A stretch of 42,070 nucleotides of DNA from a virus (Duplodnaviria; Caudoviricetes), in IMG/VR virus record IMGVR_UViG_3300032239_000697, positions 1-42,070 of that record; one strand, given 5' to 3'. This document shows positions 7,772 through 16,608 of this stretch, one piece after another. The notes under the pieces were generated by a model, which saw only the letters and a program-made list of their open reading frames with translations, was not told the origin of the DNA and searched no databases. The first letter of the stretch is position 1; each line of letters opens with the position of its first letter. A program made the position numbers and the translations under genes.

Positions 7772-7951
7772 ATGACAGATAGATTTGAAATTGGGGATAT
7801 TCTTGCCGCTGTTAAAGCTTGGGAAACACAGCGGTCAGAGTTTTTAAGTAATTTGATTCGGGCAAAACAACCTGAACCGTCGCCTGAATCAATGGAGAAT
7901 TTCAAAGAGGTGTTCATTGAATCGTTTTTGAAGGGGAGAAATAGCAAGTAA
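7772..7951 (+). CDS. small hypothetical protein (59 aa)
   Basis: Manual translation MTDRFEIGDILAAVKAWETQRSEFLSNLIRAK...; directly downstream of the promoter and upstream of the portal. Confidence 0.6.
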   Translation: MTDRFEIGDILAAVKAWETQRSEFLSNLIRAKQPEPSPESMENFKEVFIESFLKGRNSK

Positions 7952-7956
7952 TTTTT

Positions 7957-9375
7957 ATGCCATCATCCATCAGCAATCTGCCATCTCGCGTTACATCTGC
8001 CAATCTTGAGCCGATTGAAGATGCCGTTGCAATGCCTCCTACTAGGCGCGTGGCGCGAATGTCCGGCATGGGTGAGCCACAATATCTTGCCAACACATTA
8101 GACGTTAACAAGATACAAGCTTCCCTTCGTGCAGCTGAACGTGGTGATACTTGGCTTTATTTTACCATTGTCCGCGACATGATTGCCAGTTACAGCCATC
8201 TGCAAGCTGAATGGAGCAAGCGAAAAGGCGTGATTGTTGGCCAACCTTATTCGCTAATTCCTTGCGAAAAAGGCAACAAAGACGATGAGATTGCTTGTGA
8301 AGTCATCAAACAGATGATTGAAGGCTGTCGGAATTGGCGCGAAGGTTGTCTCCATCTGCTGGATGCCACCCTGATGCCGCTGTCCGTAGCTGAAAAAATA
8401 TTTGAACCGGTGTCTTTAACGGAGTCTGCTCAAAAGCATCCGTTACGCTTTAAGCTGAAAGAGATTGCACCGGTTCAATATCCTCTTTTGTGCTTCAAGG
8501 TTCCTTACCTAAACACCGGCTCCAATAAAACTGCAAACGGCTTTGATACAGATGATTTTGAAGCTTGGTTGCGTATCTATAAGACTTTTGACAACGGGGG
8601 AATTAACTTTTCGGTAGATGAAGCGTATAAAATAGATCAGGAACGCCACATCGTTCATCGGGGCAACATCCTTTCGCCTTCCATTCCGCCTAACTTTGGT
8701 GGTCAGATCCGTGCTGTGCTGTTCTGGTGGCTTTTGGCTACGCAGGATCGTGATTGGTGGGCATTGATGATGCAGAAGTATGGATCTCCGTTCATTTTGG
8801 GCAAAGCGGATGCACAACAAAAAGATACGGTTCAGTTTTTGCAACAAGCGTTTTCAATGGCAACGCAGATTGGCGGTCTTGTCATTGATAAAAAAGCTGA
8901 TGCTGAATTGATTCAGGCCAATGCTTCAGACGGCTCCAATTCACACAAGATCTTCAGCGACTATTGCAACTGCGAAGTCAGCAAACTTGTCGTGGGTCAA
9001 GTGCTTTCTTCTACGCCAAAGAATACCGGCCTTGGATCAGGCATGGCAGATCAGGCTGAAGGAATCCGCGAAGATCTAAAGATTGCCGATCAAACAAACT
9101 TTTCTGACACATTGGAAAAGCAGTTGTTTGAGCAATGCTTGCGGATTAACGGTTACACCGGCAGACCTCCTAAAATCTTCTTTGGCGGCATCAAAGTTGG
9201 TGACGCGCTTCATTTTACCAAGTCGTTAGCGCAACTCTTCCAAGGCGGCTACAGGCTCACCAGCGAAGGCATGGTGACTGCGGAAGAAAAGCTTGGCTAT
9301 TCGATTGAATTGGTTCCTGAACCTAAAGTCGAAAAGCCACAAGGCAAAATCCTAGACACCGAAAAGGAGGCTTAA
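7957..9375 (+). CDS. portal protein, Mu gp29-like (DUF935)
   Basis: LRAAERGD, HLQAEWSKRK, LLDA, WALMMQKYGSPFILGK, YCNCEVSKLVVGQVLS motifs; size and position. Confidence 0.9.
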   Translation: MPSSISNLPSRVTSANLEPIEDAVAMPPTRRVARMSGMGEPQYLANTLDVNKIQASLRAAERGDTWLYFTIVRDMIASYSHLQAEWSKRKGVIVGQPYSLIPCEKGNKDDEIACEVIKQMIEGCRNWREGCLHLLDATLMPLSVAEKIFEPVSLTESAQKHPLRFKLKEIAPVQYPLLCFKVPYLNTGSNKTANGFDTDDFEAWLRIYKTFDNGGINFSVDEAYKIDQERHIVHRGNILSPSIPPNFGGQIRAVLFWWLLATQDRDWWALMMQKYGSPFILGKADAQQKDTVQFLQQAFSMATQIGGLVIDKKADAELIQANASDGSNSHKIFSDYCNCEVSKLVVGQVLSSTPKNTGLGSGMADQAEGIREDLKIADQTNFSDTLEKQLFEQCLRINGYTGRPPKIFFGGIKVGDALHFTKSLAQLFQGGYRLTSEGMVTAEEKLGYSIELVPEPKVEKPQGKILDTEKEA

Positions 9376-9376
9376 A

Positions 9377-9625
9377 ATGGCATTAACAGATCCAATCATA
9401 TTTGGAAAAACGATTGGCGGTTATCCAACGCCGACGAACTATCAAGGGTTAACAAACTGGTATCAGGTTCCCAATTCTTGGTTCTGTCGTAGAAATGCCA
9501 ACGGAACTGTTTCCGCTTCTCCCAATCAAGATTTTTCATCGCCTGTTTACGATGTAAAAACTGATTCAGATGGATACATGAAGATTCAGGATTTGTTTTG
9601 GAACGCTCAAGTAACGCCAAATTAA
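9377..9625 (+). CDS. hypothetical protein
   Basis: 82-aa ORF with AGGAG upstream. Confidence 0.7.
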   Translation: MALTDPIIFGKTIGGYPTPTNYQGLTNWYQVPNSWFCRRNANGTVSASPNQDFSSPVYDVKTDSDGYMKIQDLFWNAQVTPN

Positions 9626-9632
9626 TTTGTTT

Positions 9633-9776
9633 ATGCCTAAACCTCGCAAGGATGAAAAGAAAAGCGATTACATGAGCCGGTGCATGGCAGATGCTGCAAT
9701 GCGAGAAAAGTATCCTAAGCAGGCTCAACGCTATGTGGTTTGCAATGCAATTTACAAAACTGAAAAGCCAAAATGA
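9633..9776 (+). CDS. small conserved head-module protein (47 aa)
   Basis: MPKPRKDEKKSDYMSRCMADAAMREKYPKQAQRYVVC..., resembles the P.P..E....(F/Y)..RCM...YP...QR..C phage family; ATGA overlap with next gene. Confidence 0.7.
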   Translation: MPKPRKDEKKSDYMSRCMADAAMREKYPKQAQRYVVCNAIYKTEKPK

Positions 9777-9985
9777 ATTTAACAGGGGACGTATCTGTTT
9801 CTGTTGCAGCTAGAAACGCAAAGTATTTGGCTCCGCTTTCTACTCGCAGGATTCAAACGATGTGTGCATCCGGGGTGTTTAAGACGGCCCATAAAAAAGG
9901 TGCTGGAAAGAACGCGCAATGGTTTATTGCCGCTTCTGAGATCATTCAACATAAACTTTCTCAGCATTCAACGCTGAGCTTCTAA
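9773..9985 (+). CDS. HTH_17/excisionase-like DNA-binding protein
   Basis: LSTRRIQTMCASGVFKTAHK...QWFI pattern. Confidence 0.6.
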   Translation: MNLTGDVSVSVAARNAKYLAPLSTRRIQTMCASGVFKTAHKKGAGKNAQWFIAASEIIQHKLSQHSTLSF

Positions 9986-10001
9986 ACAAAAAAACAACAA
10001 A

Positions 10002-10448
10002 ATGCCGCCTACAATACTACCGGAACGACAACAGGGGACTGTTAGTCCAGTTGCAGTTGAAGAAAAGATCCAATGGGTAACAGCCGAAGAAGCTGAAGAA
10101 TTGGACAAGCTTCTTTTTAAGCCTTTCATTAAAAAAGGAGATAAATACAAAGCCGAAAATGCAAAATTCATTTATCGCATTATCGGATCTCATCCTTTTG
10201 TGCCTTCCAATGTCCTTACCGCCAGCGGACAACATTTGGTAAAGTTTGAAATTAGAAAGTTTTATCGTAACGAATTTATTGTTCAAAAACGCCGTGAAGG
10301 CGGCATTGAAAATGAAGAGCGCATAAACAAACCCGTAGAATGGGTTGCGCTGGATGAAATGGGCAATGGCAAAATGATGGACAGAGATGCCAGCTTTTTC
10401 TGTGAAGCTCGCAAGTTTCAAGAGCTTTACGAACGAGATCGTGAATGA
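10002..10448 (+). CDS. hypothetical protein
   Basis: 148-aa ORF, ATGA-coupled to next gene. Confidence 0.7.
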   Translation: MPPTILPERQQGTVSPVAVEEKIQWVTAEEAEELDKLLFKPFIKKGDKYKAENAKFIYRIIGSHPFVPSNVLTASGQHLVKFEIRKFYRNEFIVQKRREGGIENEERINKPVEWVALDEMGNGKMMDRDASFFCEARKFQELYERDRE

Positions 10449-10900
10449 AAATTACACTCGAAGTTGATACAACCAATCCTTTGATTTCCCAAGAATTGCA
10501 AAATGCAATTAAAATGGGCGTTCAAAATGCTATGGCAAATCGTTTTGCCACGGTGGTTGATAACAACTTTGGTGATTCTGGTGAGGATCGTCCCGGTGTA
10601 TGGCCGATCCTTACCAAAAGATATGCAGATGAATATAAGGGGACGGATAGGACCCCCAATCTTCAATTGATGGGTGATTTGCAATCGTCCATTGAAATTG
10701 ACGAAATGAATCCAGATGAGTCTAGCGTATTTACAAATAACCCATACGCAATGGATCATCAAATGGGGGTGGCAAAAAGAAATCTTCCAGCAAGACCGTT
10801 TTTCCCAATATCAGAAGATGGTGTGGTGACAGATTACACAACGGAACAATGCCTTAGAGCTGCTGAAATTGAAATAAACAGAATTTTAAGCTCTTTTTAA
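10445..10900 (+). CDS. phage virion morphogenesis protein (Mu gpG-like)
   Basis: W..L...Y, LQLMGDLQSSI, TNNPYAMDHQMG, NLPARPFFPI. Confidence 0.85.
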   Translation: MKITLEVDTTNPLISQELQNAIKMGVQNAMANRFATVVDNNFGDSGEDRPGVWPILTKRYADEYKGTDRTPNLQLMGDLQSSIEIDEMNPDESSVFTNNPYAMDHQMGVAKRNLPARPFFPISEDGVVTDYTTEQCLRAAEIEINRILSSF

Positions 10901-10965
10901 CAAAGCTCGCCAAGTTCGCTTTATACGAACTGACATATTCTGGATGTGCATTATTGTCGTCATAG

Positions 10966-12084
10966 ATGATCTATACAGATTTTTCTGCCGTTGATCTTGT
11001 TGATGCCGAAAAAGGCATCATCTATGGCGTTTCTGTCATCACTATTGGCCCAGCAAAGGGTCATGGACTTTGGGTTGATGAAACGGCTATCAATCAGATT
11101 TTAAGCCTTGCCAAGGCCAAACCTGATGGCGTCAAGGTCAAGGCCGAGCATAGCGGTGGTGTGTTTGACACCTCCGGTAAGCTTGTTAATTTTCGCAAGG
11201 ATGGAAACCAGATTCGGGCTGATCTTGAGCTTTTGAAGTCTGATGAGAACTACGCAAAAGTCATTGAAATGGCGCGTGTTCTTCCTAATGAATTTGGTCT
11301 TTCCGTTTCTACCGAAGCCGTCTCTGAAAACATTGACGGGAAAAAGATGGTTCGCTTCAAGGTTCTTGAGTCTGTTGATCTTGTAAGCACTCCAGCAGCT
11401 AACCCGAATGGACTCTTTTCCGTAAAACATACCAACAATAAATCTATGACGATTGATAAAATCCAATTGGCTAAACTCGTGGGTCTCGATCCTGAGAAAG
11501 CTACCGAAGAGGAAATTGCAACTGAGTTCGCTCAGTTGTCAAAAAAGATGGAAGGCGGCAAATACAAAAAAGAAGAAGAAGGCACTGAAAAAGATGCCGA
11601 AGCCGAAGCCAAACACGAAATCAAAGCCAAGAAAAAGCTCAAAAAGCTTGAAGGCGAAATGGATGGCGATGGTGAATCAGAATGTGAAGATGATAAAAAG
11701 AAGGGCAAATTTGATGCCATTCTTGCTTCTTTGCTTCAGCTTTCTGCCAAGATTGAAACCATTGAAGGCGCGAACAAGCTCAGCCTTGAAGCTGCTAAAA
11801 AGGTTGAAATCACCGGCCTGATTGCTTCCGCTTCCGCTGAAGGAAAAGTCGTTCCGTTGAGCGATGTCCAGCTAATGAAGATGGACATGAGCGATGTGAA
11901 GGATCTGTTTTCCAAGTTGCCTAAAGGTCAGCTTAAGCTGTCCAAAAGCGTTCAGGCTGGTTCTAAGGCCGTTTCGTTCAAGAGCAATGAAGAGCGCGTG
12001 GAATTTTGTCGCACTCAACGTGAAGCCGGTGCTGCTCAGTTGACGGCTCAATTTGCCGCCGCTGGTCTGGTTCAACTCAACTAA
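10966..12084 (+). CDS. prohead protease / scaffold (Mu I/Z-like)
   Basis: N-terminal protease-like domain (GPAKGH, EH, GLSVS, SVDLVSTPAANPNGLF) and charged scaffold C-terminus (SAEGKVVP); directly upstream of the capsid gene. Confidence 0.8.
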   Translation: MIYTDFSAVDLVDAEKGIIYGVSVITIGPAKGHGLWVDETAINQILSLAKAKPDGVKVKAEHSGGVFDTSGKLVNFRKDGNQIRADLELLKSDENYAKVIEMARVLPNEFGLSVSTEAVSENIDGKKMVRFKVLESVDLVSTPAANPNGLFSVKHTNNKSMTIDKIQLAKLVGLDPEKATEEEIATEFAQLSKKMEGGKYKKEEEGTEKDAEAEAKHEIKAKKKLKKLEGEMDGDGESECEDDKKKGKFDAILASLLQLSAKIETIEGANKLSLEAAKKVEITGLIASASAEGKVVPLSDVQLMKMDMSDVKDLFSKLPKGQLKLSKSVQAGSKAVSFKSNEERVEFCRTQREAGAAQLTAQFAAAGLVQLN

Positions 12085-12102
12085 ACAATAAAAATATAAA
12101 TT

Positions 12103-13059
12103 ATGGCTAATACGAGTCTATACGATTTGGCAGTTCTGCATCGTGCAGATGCCTTCACTGGTCTGATTGAGGACGTGACCACCCTCGCCCCCGAGTTTTC
12201 GACGTTTGGCGCGGTCAAGCGTGATGGAACTTGGTATGAAGTTGCTTCCCGCACTGTGCTTCCGACTGCTCAGTTCCGTTACGCCAATCAAGGTGTAGCC
12301 ACTAGCAAATCGACCTACAAGAAGCAGGTTAAGGAGATGTTCAACATGGACGTTCAGCTTCAGATGGATGAGTCCATTTGGCGTGCTGACCCCGCTAATG
12401 TGGGTTCGCTTTGGCAGCTTGAAGCTGCTGGCGCAATGCGTTCTGCTGGCATTTTGATTGGCCAACAGACTTATTATGGCACTTCGGCTGATGCAAAGGG
12501 CTTTACCGGAGTTCGTAGCCAGTTGTCTTACAGCGTTAATGCAGGTGGCTCAACGAACACCACTTCTGGTTATCTTCTTTGGATGGATGAAAAAGAAGGT
12601 TGCCGTTATGATGTGGGTCAGGGTGGTCAGTTTGCCATTTCTGCTCCTCGACTTCAGCAGGTGCTTGATGGTTCCAGCAACCCTTACATGGCGTATGTTG
12701 GAAACTTGCAGGCTTGGGTTGGATTCAACATTGGATCTAATCTTTCCGCTTATGCTGTTACCGGCATTGAACCGGCTTCCGTTACCAATTGGCTGAATGA
12801 CGATGACGTTTCTAAGCTCATTGCTAAGATTCCCGTTGCTCGTCGTAGCAATCTTCGTATGTTCCTTAACAGGACCGCCGAAAGCACCCTTCAACGTAGC
12901 CGCAGCACAATTAACATTGGCGTAATGGCTTCCAGCCCGACTGCAAGCTATCAGCCTGCCGGTGCTGATGGTCGTCCTGCGTTTAGCCCGTTGCCAAACC
13001 AGACTAACGGATACCCGATTACTCTAACCGATTCGATTCTTGATACTGAATCCAACTAA
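12103..13059 (+). CDS. major capsid protein
   Basis: 318 aa, biased codon usage, LPTAQFRYANQG and DAKGFTG motifs, GYPITLTDSILDTE C-terminus typical of Mu-like capsids. Confidence 0.85.
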   Translation: MANTSLYDLAVLHRADAFTGLIEDVTTLAPEFSTFGAVKRDGTWYEVASRTVLPTAQFRYANQGVATSKSTYKKQVKEMFNMDVQLQMDESIWRADPANVGSLWQLEAAGAMRSAGILIGQQTYYGTSADAKGFTGVRSQLSYSVNAGGSTNTTSGYLLWMDEKEGCRYDVGQGGQFAISAPRLQQVLDGSSNPYMAYVGNLQAWVGFNIGSNLSAYAVTGIEPASVTNWLNDDDVSKLIAKIPVARRSNLRMFLNRTAESTLQRSRSTINIGVMASSPTASYQPAGADGRPAFSPLPNQTNGYPITLTDSILDTESN

Positions 13060-13067
13060 TAAAAAAT

Positions 13068-13526
13068 ATGAGCGTTTCATTTGCTAATCAGCTTACGCCG
13101 ACGAACTTTCCGACTAATAGTCGCACAGTTCTGGATGCAAACTTCATTGCTACCAATGTTCTTCCTGCCGCTGCTTCTACAACGGTGAACGGAACTGCAT
13201 TGGATTTGCAACAGACCCTTCCGTATGCGACTACGGAAATCGTTAATGTTCAGATTTCTATTCCTGCTCTGAATACAACGATGCTTCCCGATACCCGCAC
13301 GCTTACTGTCACGCTTCAAGACAGCCCCGACGGAACAACGTGGACTGCGGTTCCCGAGTTCTCTGCTTTGGTTATTACTGGAGCAAGTGGAGCCGGTGCT
13401 GCTGCCACATCACGGATTATCAAGCTGACTCCTGCTTCTCAGCGTTATATCCGAGTGACTTATGTGTCTGGTGCAAGCACCACCACTATGGCGGCTGTTA
13501 GCGGCACCTTGCAGTTGCTGTTCTAA
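13068..13526 (+). CDS. capsid cement/decoration-like protein (Bbp16-like)
   Basis: Directly after the capsid gene; beta-rich; LTVTLQDSPDGTTW...RYIRVTY. Confidence 0.55.
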   Translation: MSVSFANQLTPTNFPTNSRTVLDANFIATNVLPAAASTTVNGTALDLQQTLPYATTEIVNVQISIPALNTTMLPDTRTLTVTLQDSPDGTTWTAVPEFSALVITGASGAGAAATSRIIKLTPASQRYIRVTYVSGASTTTMAAVSGTLQLLF

Positions 13527-13548
13527 GGTTTGAAATTCATCGGGGATT

Positions 13549-13953
13549 ATGAACATGAAAACCTTATTTGGATTCTTCGCCCTCGCCGCTAGTTTAACCC
13601 TAGCGGCGGGTGGTGAGATTTATGCTCCCGTAAAAGCGAATGCGATTGTTTACACAAATGTGTATGCAAACAGCTTTACGAATACATCCATTGCAACCAA
13701 TATTCAAAATTGCACATTCACTTTTTACAATACGTTCCATTACATTTATGCTCCAGTTGGCACAAATGCTTCGGTAACTGTAAATTTGGATCGCACCATT
13801 GATGGATCAAATTGGTTTCCTTATCAGACAAACACGGTTGCATCAAATGTCGTAAGTGAAGTGACTGCTGTTGGCAAATGGGCTGCATACAGGATTCGTT
13901 CCTCTGTGATAGCGACCAATGCCAGCCTTACGATAAATTACATGGGGCAATAA
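13549..13953 (+). CDS. signal-peptide beta-rich protein resembling the cement-like protein
   Basis: Leader MKTLFGFFALAASLTLA; VTVNLDRTIDGSNW...YRIR. Confidence 0.7.
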   Translation: MNMKTLFGFFALAASLTLAAGGEIYAPVKANAIVYTNVYANSFTNTSIATNIQNCTFTFYNTFHYIYAPVGTNASVTVNLDRTIDGSNWFPYQTNTVASNVVSEVTAVGKWAAYRIRSSVIATNASLTINYMGQ

Positions 13954-13992
13954 GCAGTTTCGGCAATCGGGGGTCACGCCCTGTTTTGTCTC

Positions 13993-14027
13993 GCTGCAAT
14001 GTCCGAAATCCCCACGGACGTTGCAGC
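13993..14027 (+). terminator. 13-bp stem-loop followed by ATTTTAATTT (terminator or attenuator after capsid genes)
   Basis: GCTGCAATGTCCG-aaatcccca-CGGACGTTGCAGC (one G-U pair). Confidence 0.55.
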
Positions 14028-14037
14028 ATTTTAATTT

Positions 14038-14490
14038 ATGGCATCAACTTATACCAATCAAGCGGCTATCCTTGGAGAGATCCAATACTCTGATTTGATT
14101 GCGTTGACTGATGACGCTCCCTCGACCGGCGACATAAACCAAGTCGTTTTGAATCAGGTCATTCAAAACGCCAGCGGTTACATTGACCGCAAACTAGCCA
14201 ACATTTATGGCCAGCAATTACCGTTTGTTACTGTTCCGCTGTCCGTGGCAAATATGGCGGTTACGATTGCTTGTTACCGCCTCTATCGTCGTCGTGAGGT
14301 TCCTGATGAAAAGAACAAGTTTTACGAAGAGTTCAAAGACATCAGCGATTTCTTGAACAAGGTTAATAAAGGCGAAATGCACATTGACGATGTTCCCTCT
14401 AGGGATTTTCCTCAAGGTGCTTTGCAGAGTCAGCCAACGCTTTACGGCAATCAAGTATTTTCCGGTGGACGCATGGTTAATTCAATGTAA
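14038..14490 (+). CDS. head-tail adaptor, Mu gp36-like (DUF1320)
   Basis: LIALTDD...ASGYID..L...LP...IACYRLYRRR. Confidence 0.88.
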   Translation: MASTYTNQAAILGEIQYSDLIALTDDAPSTGDINQVVLNQVIQNASGYIDRKLANIYGQQLPFVTVPLSVANMAVTIACYRLYRRREVPDEKNKFYEEFKDISDFLNKVNKGEMHIDDVPSRDFPQGALQSQPTLYGNQVFSGGRMVNSM

Positions 14491-14996
14491 TGGCCAATCT
14501 GCATCAAATTAAAGTCAGCGACCAAGCCAACATGATTCAAGGAACATTGGCTAATTGGGCTACTGTTCGCGGTGGTTCAGCAGTTGTTGCTTCAAATTTG
14601 CGTGATCTTTGGCAACAAGCATCCATTCAAAGCCAATCTCCTCGTATTCTTATTTGCTTTAACGGAGCAAGACCTCGTGGATCTTTTGCTGTTGCCAACG
14701 TATTGCATCGTGAAGATCGGGATTGGACAGTGGCCGTAACGAGAGGCCGTGGGTTTAATGCTAATCGTGGAGATTCGCTTTCTCATGCGGTGGGCAATGC
14801 TGAACCTTTTTACGATTCGGTTGAACAGATACGGGATTTGTGCAGGTCAATTGCGGATCTTAGTGCAGAATATCCAACACCAGATTACAAAGGCATCAAG
14901 CCAATGCAGATGGGCAATCTGGTCATTGACGGATACATTATTGAATTTTCCACGGCAAACGACATTCCTTCACCAGTTTTAATAACCACAACCTAA
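14490..14996 (+). CDS. putative neck / tail terminator (Mu gp37 position)
   Basis: Position after the gp36-like gene, size, TAATG coupling. Confidence 0.55.
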   Translation: MANLHQIKVSDQANMIQGTLANWATVRGGSAVVASNLRDLWQQASIQSQSPRILICFNGARPRGSFAVANVLHREDRDWTVAVTRGRGFNANRGDSLSHAVGNAEPFYDSVEQIRDLCRSIADLSAEYPTPDYKGIKPMQMGNLVIDGYIIEFSTANDIPSPVLITTT

Positions 14997-15001
14997 CCAT
15001 A

Positions 15002-15379
15002 ATGAAAAAACTACTAGCAATTGCTGCACTTCTTTCCGCTTTAAGTTCTGAAGCGGCTCCAGTGACTCTTATTGGAACTCTTGTTGCAGTTAACAACACA
15101 ACGTCCAATAGCACTGCAATATCGGTTTCTCCGCATCCGGTTTATCTTTCAAACTTTGGATTTGCCAACAACGGATTGACCGATACCAATGCGTTGCAAA
15201 TGAACGTCCAGCTTTCGCTTGATGGAACTAACTTTGTCACCATCAGCAGTTGGAAATCTTCAGTGACCAATGCTGGTGCTTATGGTTACACCGTAACGCC
15301 CACAAATTGGCCAGTTTATATGCGAGTTCAATCGGTCACTACCAATAACGTCAGCGTTGGTGCAACTTACAGCAATTAA
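15002..15379 (+). CDS. signal-peptide beta-rich protein, probable paralogue of 13549-13953
   Basis: Leader MKKLLAIAALLSALSSEA; VQLSLDGTNF...YMRV. Confidence 0.7.
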   Translation: MKKLLAIAALLSALSSEAAPVTLIGTLVAVNNTTSNSTAISVSPHPVYLSNFGFANNGLTDTNALQMNVQLSLDGTNFVTISSWKSSVTNAGAYGYTVTPTNWPVYMRVQSVTTNNVSVGATYSN

Positions 15380-15393
15380 CTAAATAAAATATT

Positions 15394-15813
15394 ATGTCTA
15401 ATGTTTACGGAAATACTGCGGCAGGATCTTCAACAACTTGGAGTCCTAATTTCAATGTTAATGGTTTATCAACAATTGTTTGGGGCACCGAAGGAATGTA
15501 TGGAAGTGGCACTTCTGGATACATTGTCGTATCCGCTAACGAAAGCCAGCGCATTGAAGAAATTAACATTGAACAAGGCGCAGGCTTTGAAGCTATTGTA
15601 ATTTTGCTCAATAAAGGTATTGATGTTGAAATGGAAGTTATTGATGACACAAATATAATTGCTCCTACCTCTGGAACGATTGTAACATTTTCAACTCCTT
15701 ACGGAAATGCGCCCATGCTGCTTGTGGCCAACAAAGCCAATCAAGCTCGTAAGCGCGAAGGCATGAGAACATTTACCTTTAAGAGCTTCAACGCTATTAC
15801 TGGTCTGCACTAA
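15394..15813 (+). CDS. putative tail tube (major tail) protein
   Basis: 139-aa beta-rich ORF just upstream of the tail chaperone and tape measure. Confidence 0.5.
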   Translation: MSNVYGNTAAGSSTTWSPNFNVNGLSTIVWGTEGMYGSGTSGYIVVSANESQRIEEINIEQGAGFEAIVILLNKGIDVEMEVIDDTNIIAPTSGTIVTFSTPYGNAPMLLVANKANQARKREGMRTFTFKSFNAITGLH

Positions 15814-15814
15814 A

Positions 15815-16381
15815 ATGCAAATGGATACGCTTAAAAACGCTACGACAATTCCCCGCGACATCGCTCTTGGTGCGGTCAATCTTGATCGTTACGCAGAATG
15901 GCGCGGGAGACAGGCTTGTATTGAGAAAGCTCAAAGCAAGCCGTTGCCGGGAGCGGCGGGGAAAGCGTTCGCCTCTGGACCAGTCCGAGCGGCAGGCAAA
16001 ATTGTAAATCGCGTTGTGCCTTCGCACTTCGCGGTTCTTCAAGCTCTTGATTCTCCTTTGCTTTCAATGATTGAAAACGCAATGGGCAAAAAATCCGTTG
16101 ACGTTTCATTTAAGCCTCATGAACAATGGCAAATCTGCTACGTGTTCACAGAGGATGCTGAGGAGGTTTATACGCTGCTTGAAACCGAAGGGCCCAAAGC
16201 AGTAGCAAAAGCGGCCAACAAAGCCGTGGGGATGGGCTGGGAAGCATCAGCAGTCAATCTGGTGATGTTTGCAGTTCTGGAACAGATTAAACGTCACGTT
16301 GAAACCACCGTTAAATTTGCGGCAGAGATGGAGGCTCAAGGTGATGTCAGTTTTTTTCAGGAACTAAAGACAAATCCTTAG
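15815..16381 (+). CDS. tail assembly chaperone (lambda gpG-like)
   Basis: Position; slippery T TTT TTT at 16351-16357 near the 3' end. Confidence 0.7.
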   Translation: MQMDTLKNATTIPRDIALGAVNLDRYAEWRGRQACIEKAQSKPLPGAAGKAFASGPVRAAGKIVNRVVPSHFAVLQALDSPLLSMIENAMGKKSVDVSFKPHEQWQICYVFTEDAEEVYTLLETEGPKAVAKAANKAVGMGWEASAVNLVMFAVLEQIKRHVETTVKFAAEMEAQGDVSFFQELKTNP

Positions 16382-16608
16382 ACTCAACCGGAATCGGTTG
16401 GCTTTTAGATTATGTCTGCCGGTATCGTAAATATTATCCTGCGGATAGCCGCAAAGACGTTTGGAATCGAATCTCTATGAGTGAAGGTTACGCAATGATC
16501 GCAGGAGCAATGAGCATGGACGGCTGGCTACAATTTAGCGGTGTTGGCATTTCCGATGGTGGCTTTGTCAGGCAAGAAGTTGAATCGCTTACAAAGAAAT
16601 CCAAATGA
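16351..16608 (+). CDS. -1 frameshift extension of the tail chaperone (gpGT-like)
   Basis: The -1 frame is open from the T7 run to TGA 16606-16608 (SGTKDKSLDSTGIGWLLDYVCRY...LTKKSK*), overlapping the tape measure ATG. Confidence 0.75.
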   Translation, partial: FFSGTKDKSLDSTGIGWLLDYVCRYRKYYPADSRKDVWNRISMSEGYAMIAGAMSMDGWLQFSGVGISDGGFVRQEVESLTKKSK

